Source: Vicugna vicugna (Eukaryota). Taken from it: a stretch of DNA of 64,000 bases. Location: positions 1,028,616-1,092,615 of the forward strand of contig MU058584.1 in NCBI GenBank assembly GCA_013265495.1, given 5' to 3'. The notes under the pieces are model-generated. The model worked only from the letters and a program-made list of their open reading frames with translations. It was not told the DNA's origin and ran no database searches. Both the position numbers and the translations under genes were made by a program. Of the stretch, positions 1 through 13,260 are shown piece after piece (the stretch's first letter is position 1; each line of letters starts with the position of its first letter).

Positions 1-180
1 AAGGTTTTGAGACTTTCCAACTACAACTAACACTTTTCAAGACTTTTTTCAAAATGGGATAGTGGTATCTGTGGGATAATTCTTAGTATTTAAAATCTCC
101 TTGTTTTTTAAAAAAATATTTGTTATTTTTACATTAATTTAAAAATTTTTGGAATGTTTCATACCCGTGAGATTGAAAAT

Positions 181-645
181 TGTGTTAGTTAGTGTATAGA
201 GAACACAAAACAGAGAAGTAAATTCACAGTGGTTGAAACAAAATTAGTTTTCTCACTTTTAAACATCTAAGCTAGTATGGCAGCTCCATTCTGAGAAAAT
301 CAGAGGCCCAGGGTCCCTCTTTTGGTTACTCTGTCATTCCTGGGGTGTAGCTCTTGTCTTCACAGTCTGAGATGGCTCTCTAACACATCCCATTATGCAG
401 GGGAAAGGGGAGAGGTAAGAGAGGACCCCACCTTTACTTTAAGGGCAGAACTTGAAAGTTGCAACATCACTTCCATTTCTATTCCATTGGCCAAGACTTA
501 GTCATATGACCACTCCTAGGGGTTATGAGGGCTGGAGAGTATAATCTATATTCTGACTGATCATGTGTGTAGAAACATCAAGACCCCTCTTCATTGGAAG
601 AAGACAAGGATGGACATAGTGTGGCAATAGCAATATCTATCTCAG
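181..645 (-). mobile_element. MLT1J-like MaLR LTR
   Basis: gttgcaacatcacttcc...ccattggccaagacttagtcatatgaccac is the reverse of the MLT1J/K core. Confidence 0.8.
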
Positions 646-1094
646 AGGGGACTTGATTTCAGAAAAAGTACCAGGCTGAAAACAAGGGAGATACCTGTGT
701 TTTTTATCCCTTTTTTCTGTTCCTTCTGTTTTCTTGATTATTATAACATATCTCCCCTATGTTCTTGCTACAATCCTAATTCAGGACCCCTTTCTGATCA
801 GACTGTATTAATGCAGTCAGTTTCTACCAGTCTCCCAAATATAATTGTACTGTCTTGCTCCTTGGGTCAAACCCTGGTCTTGAGTCAAACGTTTATCTCA
901 GCAACAAAGGCCTTTCAACTTCTCACCTCCACTCTCCAGCTTTAATTCTCTTTGTTAACATGTTTCTTGAGTACACTGTCTTAAAGCATTTTCTTCTCCC
1001 TTTTCTTAGTTATTCCAGACTAGTGACATGTCTCTTCTCTGAATTCTAATAACAAGTGAATTTTGCACCACGGGATTTACACTTGACAACTTAT

Positions 1095-1168
1095 GTGTAG
1101 ATGTATATGTATGTATAATATGCATGTGTGTATGTGTGTGCGCATGTGTGTTTGTGCATGTGTGTGTT
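1095..1168. repeat. (TG)n/(TGCA)-type microsatellite
   Basis: tgtgtgtatgtgtgtgcgcatgtgtgtttgtgcatgtgtgtg. Confidence 0.85.
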
Positions 1169-1699
1169 GCTGGGTGTGGGGGGAGGGGACCTTGTTATGA
1201 ATAACTTTAACCTATAGACACAGGGACATTATCAAGCATTCCTGGGATGAAGGCATCAAGAATTTATACTGGAAGGGAAACTAATTAGAAAAACAGTAAT
1301 CAGAGGAATTGCTCTTAGAATTTCAAGTGCACTAGAAAAAGAGAGAAGAAATAAGTTACATGCAAAAGACAAAAAGAAAAATTGATTAGCTGAAAAACTG
1401 AGTTCAAAAGGGAGAAGTAAGAAAAGAGGTTGAAGCATTGAGAGAGGAAGTCACTAATGGGTCTTATGGTCAAAATTGAGGTACTGAGTTTGATACTCCT
1501 GGCTTTGGGAATCTGCCACATAGCTTGGACATGCTTGTGACATGGGAAGATAGACTGTTAAAAGATTGTTTTACTCTTTGCATATAATACAGGAAAAAAG
1601 AGAGTGACTAGAACCTCGGTGATTGCTTGGGAAGTCTTCCTTAATCTCTCCCAATTAATGATGATGGTGATGGTCTTTTTTGTTTTTGTTTTTTGATAA

Positions 1700-1895
1700 C
1701 TGGCTATGTGCTCTGCTCTGATCTAGGTACTTCACATAGATTTACCTCTTGAATATTCCCGTTTACTTTATGAAATATTACCTGTCATCGTATTCATTTT
1801 ACAGACAAGGAGACTGAGGTTCAGAGAGGCTAAATAATTCTCTGAAGGACAAACAAGTGGCAGGGCCAGCATTTGATCAAGGTGTCTGTGACTTC
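1700..1895 (-). mobile_element. MIR SINE
   Basis: cattttacagacaaggagactgaggttcagagagg is the reverse MIR core. Confidence 0.85.
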
Positions 1896-2861
1896 TCAGC
1901 CCTTCAGCTTTCGCTTTTATCTTGGTACTTTTCACCATCCTCCCTATGACTTGGTAGCAAGGGCACAGCCAGCTAGAATATTCTTTTTGGCACAGCTTCC
2001 AACATAAACCCAGTTAAGAGCACTTGGAAAGAAGAACCAGCAGTGACTGCTAACATCTCTCTTGTCCCAGGTGTTTGATTGTCCTGTACGTATGAACACC
2101 AAGTCAGGTGTTAATTTTTCTGCTTGGGCTAAGAAGTTCTTGGCATGAAATATTTCTGGCTGAGCTTCAGAATTAACAGGCTGTTCTGTATACAGTTGAT
2201 GGAGCCTTTGTTCTTTTTTGACACAGCTATAGCTTTGCAAAAGCTTCCAAAAAGGTGCTAATTGTGCACAGTCTACCTGCAGAGGTTTTCCTTTCATAAA
2301 TATTCTCTTTCCTTTCAAAAAAAATTTTGACTAGATCTGAAGAGCCAGATGTCATTGCATAATGGCAGAGACTTTAAAATAGATCAAAGAGTGTATCTGA
2401 AACTTTTCCACTCTCTTAACTGCAGAGGAAGTGAATGGAAACCCCAGGAGGATGGAAGAGAGAAGGTCAAGAGCAAGTAACTTCTTTGAAGTTCCACGTT
2501 TCATCTTAAAAAATTGTGTAAAGTTTCCATTCCCACAAAACACATCTGTGTTTTAAAATGAAAATGATGCTTTTATAACTAGAGAGAGGCACTATGATAT
2601 TCCAGTAGCTTCATGTACTCCCCAGCACCCCACCTTTAAATTCCCAAGTTTACAAAAATCTACGTGAGACACCAGACGGAGCAATTTTTAACTAGGTCTC
2701 TGTGTGGCCATGGGAGAACCTTCCAATTCCATGCTTTCTCTGTTGGCAAAGGATGCCAGAAAGTCGTAACCCACAGTAATGTTGTGCACTAGGACATTTG
2801 CACAATGCATGGACCAGATTTGCAACCAAAAAGACTAAAAGGGCTCCCAGAACAGCTGAGA

Positions 2862-3230
2862 GTTAGTATAGTGTAGGGGTTAAGAACAGAACTTTGCATT
2901 TAAAAAGCAAGGGTTTAAATCCCAACTTTGATGATAATAGCCTTAGTCCTTTGAATTAGCTATTTAGCATCTGTTCTCAAGGAGTCTACAATGAAAGGCT
3001 GTGACAGTATTTCTCCTTCCTCTGTGATGGAAATACAGTAGTCTGATCCTTGAGTCATTCTCTATTCCTTATATATCAGATCTAATATTTCTTTCAGTCG
3101 GTCTTTGACTCTTGTAAGTGGACAACTCTAAATTTCAGACTCAGAAAATTTAATATGTACACTACACTATAGTATTTAGAACAATACCTGGCATTTTATA
3201 AATGCTAAATAAACAGTAGCTTTAGTTATT
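2862..3230 (+). mobile_element. MIR SINE, fragmented (head ~2862-2975, tail ~3140-3230)
   Basis: gtatagtgtaggggttaagaac...gggtttaaatccc head; ttagaacaatacctggca...aaataaa tail. Confidence 0.6.
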
Positions 3231-3859
3231 GTTCATGATTTACAGATGATTAGATTTACTTTTGAATGTAGAAGTTTAAAATACATAGTTAAAAGTATTG
3301 TAAATGATTATTGTCTCTTAAAAAGAAAATAATTTTTAAAAGTAGAAAATATTCTAATATCATCTATTAGGTCTAGAAACCTGAAACAAATTTCTACTTT
3401 AAATTTTCAGAAATATAATACTACTTGGTTCCTGCCCTTTTGGGTATTAAAAGAAACATTATGATGCAGAAAAATCATTGCAATACATATAGAAAAGTTA
3501 CTTAGAAAAAGCAATCAATGAACTAAAGCATTGATGCTCAACTCTTAGAAATCTGTTAAATTATTCTTGTATACCAGTCTGAATATCCAATGGTTGAAAA
3601 ACTGCATTAAATTCAAGGAAAATGTGAATACAGTGTGTCTGCAGCACTGGATGTGGCAGTAATTGATTTGTATTTTGAATTGCATTTGTATAGTGGAACA
3701 TATGCAATTGTCAGTGTTTGGCCATCTTGGACCTAATAAATGTCAGTTTCATCTATTCAACTTAATACTTCTCATGAAGACATGAATCACAAGGGATTTT
3801 TATGTCCAGAAGAACACTGTAAGTAATATGTGCTTGCCAAATGAGTGCTTGGTTACTAA

Positions 3860-4270
3860 ATGCAAGTGTCAAGGTAAAAGAGATTGATTGCATGGGCTGT
3901 GGTGGACTAGAAAAGCTTACTGAAGGGAGAATGCAATTTAGATAAGTGGAAAGAGGATAATCAATTCTTGCAGGGGTAAGACCATACCATGATCTGTGAA
4001 AGAGTTATGAGTGTCTCCATTTTCCTGTAACTGAGGAATAGTGAGGAAAGTCAATGATATTAGATGGGGTAAGTCAGAGCTATATAATGAAAAGACTAGG
4101 ATGCCCAGTTAAGGAATTTGAACTTTTTCTATTAGCAGTGAGGAGCCGAGGAAGTTTTCTAAGGAAGGGAGTTATATGACCAGAGTGGTATTTTAGGAAG
4201 ATTCCTTTAGATCTAACATTAGCATATACTGAAGTGGATAAAGCCTGCAGCTAGAAAAACCAGGCAGGAC
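3860..4270 (-). mobile_element. L2 LINE fragment
   Basis: aaggaatttgaacttttt...gaggagccgaggaagttttctaaggaagggagttatatgacc...ttttaggaagat is typical antisense L2. Confidence 0.65.
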
Positions 4271-4494
4271 AGGATGGTGAGGTAAGAGAACTCAAATTGC
4301 AAGAGAAGACATCAAACCTGGGGTTAATTGTTAAGGTCTGGGTGGCCAGTGGCAGAAACTGACAAACACTGGTGGCAAAGTACTATCTTTAGGAAGGACT
4401 ATAAATAATTTATTTTTAATTTTATTGAGTTTAAGGTTATAGCTACATTTATAAAGTAGGTATTAAAAAGTTAATACAAATAAGAGCACTGACA

Positions 4495-4690
4495 ATATCT
4501 TTTGAGTGCTTAAAATGTGCCAGATGCTATGCTCAGTGATTTTTGGAGTGTCCTCATTTATTCTTAAAATTAGACTAAGGACTAGACATTATTATCAATC
4601 CCATTTTATGCATGATGGCATAAGAGGTAATCAGACTTATCAGGCACCTATGAATGTAGGACTGAATTTCAGAAAGCAGGCCAGGGATGC
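4495..4690 (-). mobile_element. MIR SINE
   Basis: ttgagtgcttaaaatgtgccagatgctatgct...cccattttatgcatgatg. Confidence 0.7.
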
Positions 4691-6289
4691 AGCTGCGGAA
4701 AACTATATAGAAAAGGGATGAGGATGAAGGGACCAGTGAGCATTAGAAAGATAGCTTGGAATGGAAAACTGGTGTGTGTGTGTGACTGTGTTGATTTCAA
4801 GACACAAAAATTGTAATCAGCATCTTCAGTGCCCAGCACAGGAAGAGTAATCATTCCCTCATTCATTTATTTCCTCTCTTATTCAACCACGTCTGTGGGG
4901 ACTGCAGTGTGTGCAAATGACAATACTAGACAATAAGGAGATGAGCTTGATTCAGTCACAGCTGTTACATTTTCACTGTTTGGTAAGAAAAATAGTTTAT
5001 TGTATCATCTCCAGCCCAGGGCAGAGGATAGTCTTTTCCACCTGGCCAGTGCAGTCCTCGTGGCTGTGAACCACATGAAGATGTAAGTCCCAGGGTCTCA
5101 ATGTTGTGCTCAACCATTAAGAGAACTCAGCTAACTTTTCTTATTCTGATCCCATGCTCACTAACATTGTCTTTCCATGCAGATGTTGCCTCCTCGGCTA
5201 TAACTGAATGAAGAGTTTAGTATAGATTGAGGAGAATATTGGATGTGACCTATACTTTGAAGAGAGCGGGATTTGGATGGGTGCAGAAGAAAAAGACTGA
5301 CATTTTGGTTGGGAGGGGTAACATAATCAAAGAAGCAGAGGCCAGGAGATGACAGAAGGAACATTTGACAATTTTGAGACTCACAGGGTACTTCTCATTC
5401 CTTTCAACAATTCTTTCCCCGTGACCCACTCTCCCATACCCTGTTCAAGTCTTGTATCCTTGTCCTAATGATGTGACCATGCCAGTTTCCCTATCCCCTT
5501 AATGCAAAGAGAAATTAGCTCATAATGCATTGGTCAAATAAGGCTAAGGGAGACTCTCTTTCACCCAAGTTTTAGGGACATCATTATTAACTACAGCTAG
5601 CTTACGCCCTTAAGGGTGATGAATCAGACCTGGGGTGTTAGCTGTGGCTTCCTGCCACAGGGCGACTTCCAACAGCTCTTCCTGCAGCATGCAAATTTGA
5701 TCTAATGGGTGGTAACTCAAAGAAAATAATTTCTGTGATTCTTTCACAGCCACACACAAGACACATATTCAGGGAATTGTCATAAATATTAATATTCAGG
5801 GAATTTCTATGAATATTCAGTGAATGGCAAAAAAAATCTCCAGACAGTCCTCATGGAGTTCTCCGGAAAGGGTGCCGCTTCTTTCCTCAAGTTCCCTCTC
5901 CACAGACAGAGGCGAGGAGGTGAATGAAGAGAGATGAAACAAACTTCGCTGGGCAGCCTCCTGAGGTGATACGCTACCTCAGCTGGATTTGCACGTGCAT
6001 AATCCAAGCCAGATGGCTGGCTCCTCTCCCTGCCGCATCTAATTAGGTGTGGATTTATGCCGACTTCATTCCTGATACTTGATCTCCAATACTTATAGAG
6101 TTCATAGAGCAGACAGGCCTTTAGATTTTCCAGTGATTTTGTATACTCTATTTTTTTGTGCTTAATATTATTTGAAATAAAGTTTTTCATGATGCTGTCC
6201 AGTGTTTATACTTTCTGTTGTAATTGCTACATAATATTTTTCTAATAAGAAATTTAAAGGAAAAATACTACTATGGCTAAGAATTTACA

Positions 6290-6490
6290 TTGGCATTTTA
6301 TTTTGCCCAACGCACTTACTTTTGACAAATTATTGACATTCTCTGAGTTCTAGGTTTTTGCATCCGTAAAACGTGGGTAACAGAATCTATCCCACAGAAA
6401 GTGTGTAGAGACTAAATGAGATAATACATGTACAAGACTGTACAGCGACTGGCCAGTAGTAGGTGCTCAAATCATAGAAGTAACTGTAAT
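6290..6490 (+). mobile_element. MIR SINE
   Basis: ctctgagttctaggtttttgcatccgtaaaacg...taaatgagataatacatgta...tagtaggtgctcaa. Confidence 0.8.
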
Positions 6491-6619
6491 TATATTAAAG
6501 TTAGTCTTCCTGGGCCATAATCTGCAAAAAGACAGTAACACAAGGCTTCCACAACCCTTCCTGTACCTAACTCTATCAACCTAAGATTAAAGATGAAAGC
6601 TTTAATCTCTCACGATATT

Positions 6620-6935
6620 TAGTCCTCCACTCAAAGGTTGCTTCCTCAGAGAGGCTTCCCCTGGCTACCTTATATAAAACAACTCAGCACTGTCTGCACA
6701 ATCTCTTTGCCACATCCTATGCCTTCCCTCTGATTTATTTTTCCCCTTGACTTTTCTTCCTATTTGGCATTATGTTACGTATTTATCTGTGATTTGGCCA
6801 GGGTATCCTCCACTGAAATTAAACTCCTTGAGGGCAAGGACTTTGTCCCATTTATCACAATATCCTCTACACTTTAGTGCCTGGAACATAGCAGGTACAC
6901 AAATGCTATTTGTTGAGTGAGTGAATAAATGAATG
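6620..6935 (+). mobile_element. L2 3' end
   Basis: ctccttgagggcaaggactttgtc...agtgcctggaacatagcagg...tatttgttgagtgagtgaataaatgaatg. Confidence 0.85.
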
Positions 6936-7304
6936 TGTGAGTCCATGATTTCAGACTAGACCCAACTCATTTACGCTGGAAATGATCTGCCCTGAGATGT
7001 GACTCAAAAATCATAGAACTAGAGGAGGGCTGAAAAATCGACTTCCGTCTCTCTCCATTAAGACGGATGAAATTGTCTGAAATGATATATGTAACTCATT
7101 CATTGTTTATCAAGCCATCACTTATTATCCCAACACATCCAAAGTATTATGAAGGAGGACTGAAAAAAAAAAGGCTGCTATTAGTAATATTGATGACATC
7201 ATAATTTAAATGCACACACACAGAAGAGAATTTAAAAAATGTACAGGTGAGCACATTTATTGAGAGCAGGAAGGAGATAAGAGGATGAAAGTCCCTTCTG
7301 CAGC

Positions 7305-7540
7305 ATAAGGAGCTAGTTAAGAGCACAGACTGGGCTCAGATTCCTGCTCTGACCCTTGCTAGTTGAGTACATGGGAGAGTTACCTGACCTTTCTAAGTCT
7401 CAATCTCCTCATCTGTAAAATAGAGACAATAAGTTATAAGGTTGCTATGAAGACTAAATACATTACTATTCATAAAGCAGTTAGAATAGAGCCTCCTCAA
7501 TGCAAACATACTTCACATTTGTTGAATAATGTTAAAATAG
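7305..7540 (+). mobile_element. MIR SINE
   Basis: gttaagagcacagac...ctcaatctcctcatctgtaaaatagagacaata. Confidence 0.85.
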
Positions 7541-7599
7541 TATTTATCTGTATTTCAAAACTGTAAATGTTACTTTCTGTTTGTCAACATTTTTATGTA

Positions 7600-8145
7600 G
7601 ATTTTTGTTGAAGGAAGATATATACCAGAAAAGTGCATGAATTGTGAAGGTGTAGCTTAATGAGTTTTTACAAAATATTACTAGCATCCTAGAGGTGTCT
7701 CCTGTAGCTTCCCTGTTGCTATGCCCACCTCCAAAGTTAATAATGACTTCTTTCACTTTTCACTAGGTTTGCTTGTTTCTGAACTTTGTGTAAATGGAAT
7801 CATAATGTGTACTAATTCATGCCTGGCTTCTTTAATCAACATTGTGTTTATGAGATTCATTCAGGTGGCTGCATATAATAATAATAATCCATCTATTCTC
7901 GTTGCTATGTGGTGTCCTGTTGCAGGAATGCACCACGGGATGTACGGACATACAGCTAATGGATATTTGGGTTACTTCTCGTTTTCTGGTCATTGTAAGT
8001 CAGCTTTGAACATTGCTGGTTATGTCTCTTGATGGATGCTTTATGTATTCACGTCTATTGAGTATTTTTCTAGAAGTAGAATGTTGAGTCAAAGGAGAAT
8101 GCATATATATCTTAGATATTGCTTTCCAAAGTGGCATTACTAATA
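7600..8145 (-). mobile_element. Ancient L1 (L1ME-like) 3' region
   Basis: tttctgaactttgtgtaaatggaatcata...gtttatgagattcattcagg...tggatatttgggttact...ttgctttccaaagtgg. Confidence 0.8.
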
Positions 8146-8289
8146 TTGTTTGATAGTATGTATGTCTATAACCAAGAGTTCTGGTTAAGTAAGAACTTAA
8201 ACGAGTTTAAGTATTTTCCTCCCTTTAAGAGAAGGATTCAGCATTAAGGAGGCACTGAACTGACAGCCAGTTATCTTCTGCAGACCTGC

Positions 8290-8700
8290 ACTAGTTAGGG
8301 ATGTTCCCTCTAGTTTCTGCCCCCTCCAACCCCTTTCCCCGATCTTTTTCAGGAATACCCAGTGGAAGCCCATGAAAAAGAACCTGAGGGTGAGTGTGGA
8401 GTCCTACTGAGTCTGAGGCCTTCAGCTATTCCAGACTGACATGCTGATCTACACTGGCCTCCAGCAATGAACAGTCCCTCTCGTGCTCTGCCCCCGGTGA
8501 CCCAGCCCACACGCCATCCGTCTTTGGAGAGGGTCTATACCCTCTTTGCAATTCCGGCCACTCGGTTGCTCTGAGACCTTAGCTCCCTAATGAGCTTGGA
8601 AAAGTTGTGATTTTTTCATTTCTTCAGCGTTTTCTCATTGTTAGTGTGTGAAGCAACATTATGTTTAATTTTCACATCCTAAGTGGAAGTCGAAACTCCA
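8290..8700 (-). mobile_element. Ancient L1 5'-end (L1M/HAL1-like UTR) fragment
   Basis: aaagttgtgatttttt...ttgttagtgtgtgaagcaacatt...cacatcctaagtggaagtcg resembles the antisense 5' terminus of old L1M elements. Confidence 0.55.
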
Positions 8701-10689
8701 AGTTTCAGTCTTTTTAATGTGTGGTCAGCCTGACCCCACCCCCCAGCAGGTAGCCCCCCAGGGATCCCACATGAGAGCCTGCGCGGTTTCCTCCCATTCA
8801 GGACTGGGTCTTGAACCCTAATGTTTGTCTCCAAATTACTGGGAGACTCTTGCCACAAACTCTCCCCTGCTTTTCAATCACTTTCTGCTGACTTCTTGGC
8901 CTCTTGTCCTACACAGCTTAAGAATCACACACGTCGTCAGGGAGAAAACTGGTAATAAGGGTTGGACTCTTTTTCACTTCCCTTCTCTCAGATGTTTTGG
9001 CCTCTCAAGTGCTGGTTGCTTTGACAGCCAAGATCCCCCACTGAAATCTTTTCAGCTTTGTACAATTGTGGGAAGCTCTGCTGTTTCTTAGCATCTGCCC
9101 TCTGCCTAGCTCCTCGGCTTTCAGTCCTGACCCCAAAGTCGGCAAACATTCCAAGGGGAAAAGCGGCAGGAAGAATGTTGAGCTGATTTCGATGAGCTTT
9201 CCTTCTCTCTTGGCTTCAGCTGCTTAGCTCTGTGATGCTGTAAAAGTGATTTTGTTTCTTCTATTTTTAGAAAAGTTTGCCTGGCTTTTCTCATTGCTCT
9301 CCCTGAGAGCATTAGTTTGTTGCATTATACTCCATCCTAGCCAGGAGAGGAAGGTTTGATTACATCTTTAAATGTGAAAGACAAAAGGAATATGATCTCA
9401 CTTTAAAAAAATTAAAAAGTTTTTTAAATTCTTTGGCTAAGATTTGAAATCTACTGGAAAGTGGTTAACAGTAATTATTCACAAACATTCTATATATTAA
9501 ATAAATGCCATGTAATTCAGTTTATTTTCTTTTATGTTACTTGGGTTTAATAGGGAAATAAGTAGAGAAGAAAAAGAGGACTGGACTCTTTCCCTCTTTA
9601 AAAAGATGCAATAATCTTTAGCAGAGCATCCCACTGAGCAAGCAGGGGGAGAAAGTCTGTTTGACTCAGTAACCAAGTTCACGACGCATATGGTCAAATG
9701 CAGCTCTACACACAGATGTTACAATGTTTTGTGTTAATGTATTTGTAATCTTAAATATAAATGTGTCACAATTTTTATAATCTTGTTTTGGTATGTTTAA
9801 TTTTTAATATACTGTGAACCTCAAACACTGACAATGGCTGGGGAGAGCCCCTCCCAAACTTTGAGAAACTCTAATTCTTAGAGTTGAGAGGTTTATCTTA
9901 GACCTAATCAAATACCTTCTTTTAGCAATATACCTGCCTTTCCTTTAAATGAAAGCTCTTCTAGGATATACTTATTGTGATGCAGACAAGCATTTTCTCA
10001 AAATTTCCACACTTCTGCTTGCAGCTCATAGGGAATCTGTAGTCTCCTTCAAAGCTGATGCTTATCTTGGTCCTGCCCTTGCAGAAGAGAGTAAACCAAG
10101 TGACAGGGACTGCTAGGCTATTTAATGTGCACAGATGATTCCTTTTACTAAAGGGCGATATTGAGGCAGAAGAAAGTGAGATCTTGGATCAAATAACAAA
10201 TTTGCATCTTAATAGGAATACCGCTCAGTTGTCAATCTGTATATACTCAGCTAAATATATTTTAAGGAAAATTCAATTTCACAAATAAACTGTGTATCAG
10301 TGTCCTTTTCAACTCTAACGTCTCTGGATTAGCAAGACTCTTCTCAGGTCTCAAGTTCCTTCCTGATGTTTTACATTCCTTAGGATTTTGGATGGGGCCA
10401 GATTGTCTGGAGCTATTATGCGCTCAGCTGGGCTGCTGGTCTAATTGGATGTAGGTGCCTGCATCTTGGTGAATGACTGGCCTAGAGAGGCAAGTTTTAC
10501 AACCTTGCTGTCTGTTGGCAAGCTGATAAAAGGAATGATGACAAGAATGGTATCCCACAGCCTTAACTGTCCTACATTAGGAGTTAGGGCAACTCAGTCT
10601 AAACCAATTAGACTCTGAGCCACTTAAAGCTCCCTGTAAATTTTTGGATTGTGTTCAGTAATCATCCGTAAAGTGCTTGCTCCATGCTT

Positions 10690-11140
10690 AACTCTTTATT
10701 TTTGAGAAGCTCATAGACTATTGAGGGAGAAGAACAAACACATAATTATAAATCAGTGCATTAAGTATTATAACATCCCTGGAAATGACCCTGCAGGTGG
10801 AGTGACCTAGTGGGCATGTGAGGGAGTCAAGAGTGGCGAAGGGAATGAAATGGGAAAAAAAAAAATGACCCAGACTGAAGTAAGTAGGTGAATGGCATTG
10901 CCCAAACAGGGACAGAAAGTGAAGAAGTAGCACTGGAAATAATGTGTTGAAGATGCCTGCAGGACATGACAGGGAAAGTGGTCAGCAGGCAATTAAACAG
11001 GAGATAGGTCTGGACTGAAATGATGGATGCATGAGCAATGGGCATGTAGGTGATAGCTGACACTCTGGAAGAAGACGAGAATACCAGGAGGAGTATACGA
11101 AACAAGAGTAGTAAGTAGCTGACAGTGAATGCTTGGGAGA
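10690..11140 (-). mobile_element. L2 LINE fragments
   Basis: aggcaattaaacaggagataggtctggactgaaatg...catgtaggtgatagctga; purine-rich antisense L2. Confidence 0.55.
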
Positions 11141-11544
11141 AAAAGAGAACTATGAATCCTCTAATCTCTCAAAGAACTGATAGTCTCAAGCCAAGAAAGA
11201 ATCTGGGATTCTATTGCTAAGACTCCCAGGAGATGCCAACTCAAACTTGTACTGACTTCTCTCTATCCTCATCTTCCCACCCTCAAGCCCCTACTTCCTT
11301 GTCCCCACTCCCATACTTTACCCTCCATACACCTCCATGTTCCCTGTGCTCCTCACTGCCTTTTCCTGATGCTGTTTGCTTGAATCTCCTGTATCACACA
11401 CTCCAGAAATCCAGCTGTCTGAGCTGCCTTCCGTGTCCATTGTGGAGTCTTTCTGGCTGCCTTACTCTCTGAGCTTACGTTGTTTCTAATTCTGGTTCCT
11501 CCACATCTGGCCTGTGACACTATATATAGAGCTTGGAGCTGCAT

Positions 11545-12237
11545 ATATTACTTTTCAAATTCTTTTTCATTATAGGCTATTACAAGGTATTGAATATAGC
11601 TATACAGTAGGACCTTGTTGTTTGTTTTATACACAGTTGTTAGTATCTGCAAATCCTGAACTCTCAGTCTAATCCTCCAACTCCCCCTTTCCTGCCTGGT
11701 AACCGTAAGTTTGTTTTTTATGTCTGTGAGTTGGTTTCTGTTCTGCAAATAACTTCATTTGTGTCATTTAAAAATATGCCACATATAAGTGATATCATAT
11801 GGTATTTTTCTTTCTCTTTCTGGCTTACTTCACTTAGTATGTGACAATCTCCAGGTCCATCCATGTTGCTGCCAATGGCACCATTTTATTCTTTTTTATG
11901 GCTGAGTAGTATTTCATTGTATATCTATACCACAAATTCTTTATTCAGTTATCTGCTGTTGGACATTTGGGTTGCTTCCATTTCTTGGCTATTATAAATA
12001 GGGCTGCTATGAACATTGGGGTGTACATATCTTTTCAAAGTAGAGTTTGCTCTGGATGCATCATTAAAAAGTCCACAGACGTTAAGTGCTGGAGAGGATG
12101 TGGAGAAAAGGGAACCCTCCTACACTGTTGATGGGAGTGCAGTCATTACGGAAAACAGTATAGAGATTCCTTAAAAAACTGAAGATAGACTTGCCCTATG
12201 TTCCAGCAATCCCACTCATGGGCATATATCCAGAGCA
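11545..12237 (-). mobile_element. Lineage-specific L1 with 5' inversion (minus 11545-12057, plus 12058-12237)
   Basis: Antisense L1 3' UTR/ORF2 end, then a sense piece gtgctggagaggatgtggagaaaagggaaccctcctacactgttg...gggcatatatccagagca. Confidence 0.9.
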
Positions 12238-13069
12238 TTTCCTGTCATTACAAGTTCACCTCAAAACATCTCACCTGTCAAACCCTCTACTTGTTAGACA
12301 TAGCATTAATTATGTCACATTGCTGGGCTCACAGAACATATTCAAAATATGTATTAGTTGACTGAATGCCCATTCCAATCCTCATTTCTCTATTTCCTCT
12401 CCGAGTTTTATGGTTTTTATTATCAGCACCTCTTCTAATGGCACAAAATTGTACATTGTTGTAATTCAAAAAATATATTTGTTTTTAGTAAACAACCTAG
12501 TCTTTTATTTGCCCAAAGCCAGCGAGTGTAGGTACTGAGACCCCAAGACTTCCAGAAAAGATGGAGGGAGAAGAGATGAACCGCGTTGCCTACCAGGTAC
12601 TGCCTGCCCCCTTGCTGTTTTCTGCAGCAGGTGGGAAGGGAGATGAGATCTACATTTGTGCCATCAAATGTTTCCTCAGTTTCCAGATACTATGAATATT
12701 CAGGTGTTGTTAAGAAGGAAACTGAGGCATGCTGACTCTGCCCACCCCCAGCCTCTATTTGCCAGTCCAAGGTTTCATGTCACAGAAAATTAACCCCCAC
12801 CAGTGTTCTAGAGTTAATGAAGCACTTCCATATAGCTTATCACTTTAAATCATTAGTAATAAATAATGGATGATCTTCCTCTTAAAATACTACAGATTTA
12901 TTGGCAGACAGAAACAGAAAACTATAGGATTGTTTTGTTAATGTTATAACAGAGGTATTAACAAAGTGTTTCAGGCACTTAGAGAAGGACCAACCAGGAG
13001 GCCCGATGGGAGGGAAATGGGATTAGACGAAGCAATCATCTTAGCATTGCCCTGGAATTTTTACTTCCA

Positions 13070-13260
13070 TTATTTCATCAGGTTCTTACAACTCCATGAG
13101 GTGAGTAGTTTGATATTCTCATTTTACAAATGTGGAAACTTCACCAGGCGTGACCCAGTAAAATCACTTTCTAGAATTTCCCCAGCTCATAATATGCAGC
13201 TGTGTTGGGATTAAAAAAATGATTCTGATGTCGAAATCCACACCTTTTTTTTCTACTCTG
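13070..13260 (-). mobile_element. MIR SINE
   Basis: tcttacaactccatgagg...ctcattttacaaatgtggaaact. Confidence 0.7.

Noticed and set aside
1944..2318. 124-aa minus-strand ORF
   Set aside because: Non-ATG start and no recognisable domain.
5807..6190. 127-aa minus-strand ORF
   Set aside because: No recognisable homology or convincing splice sites; probably a chance ORF.
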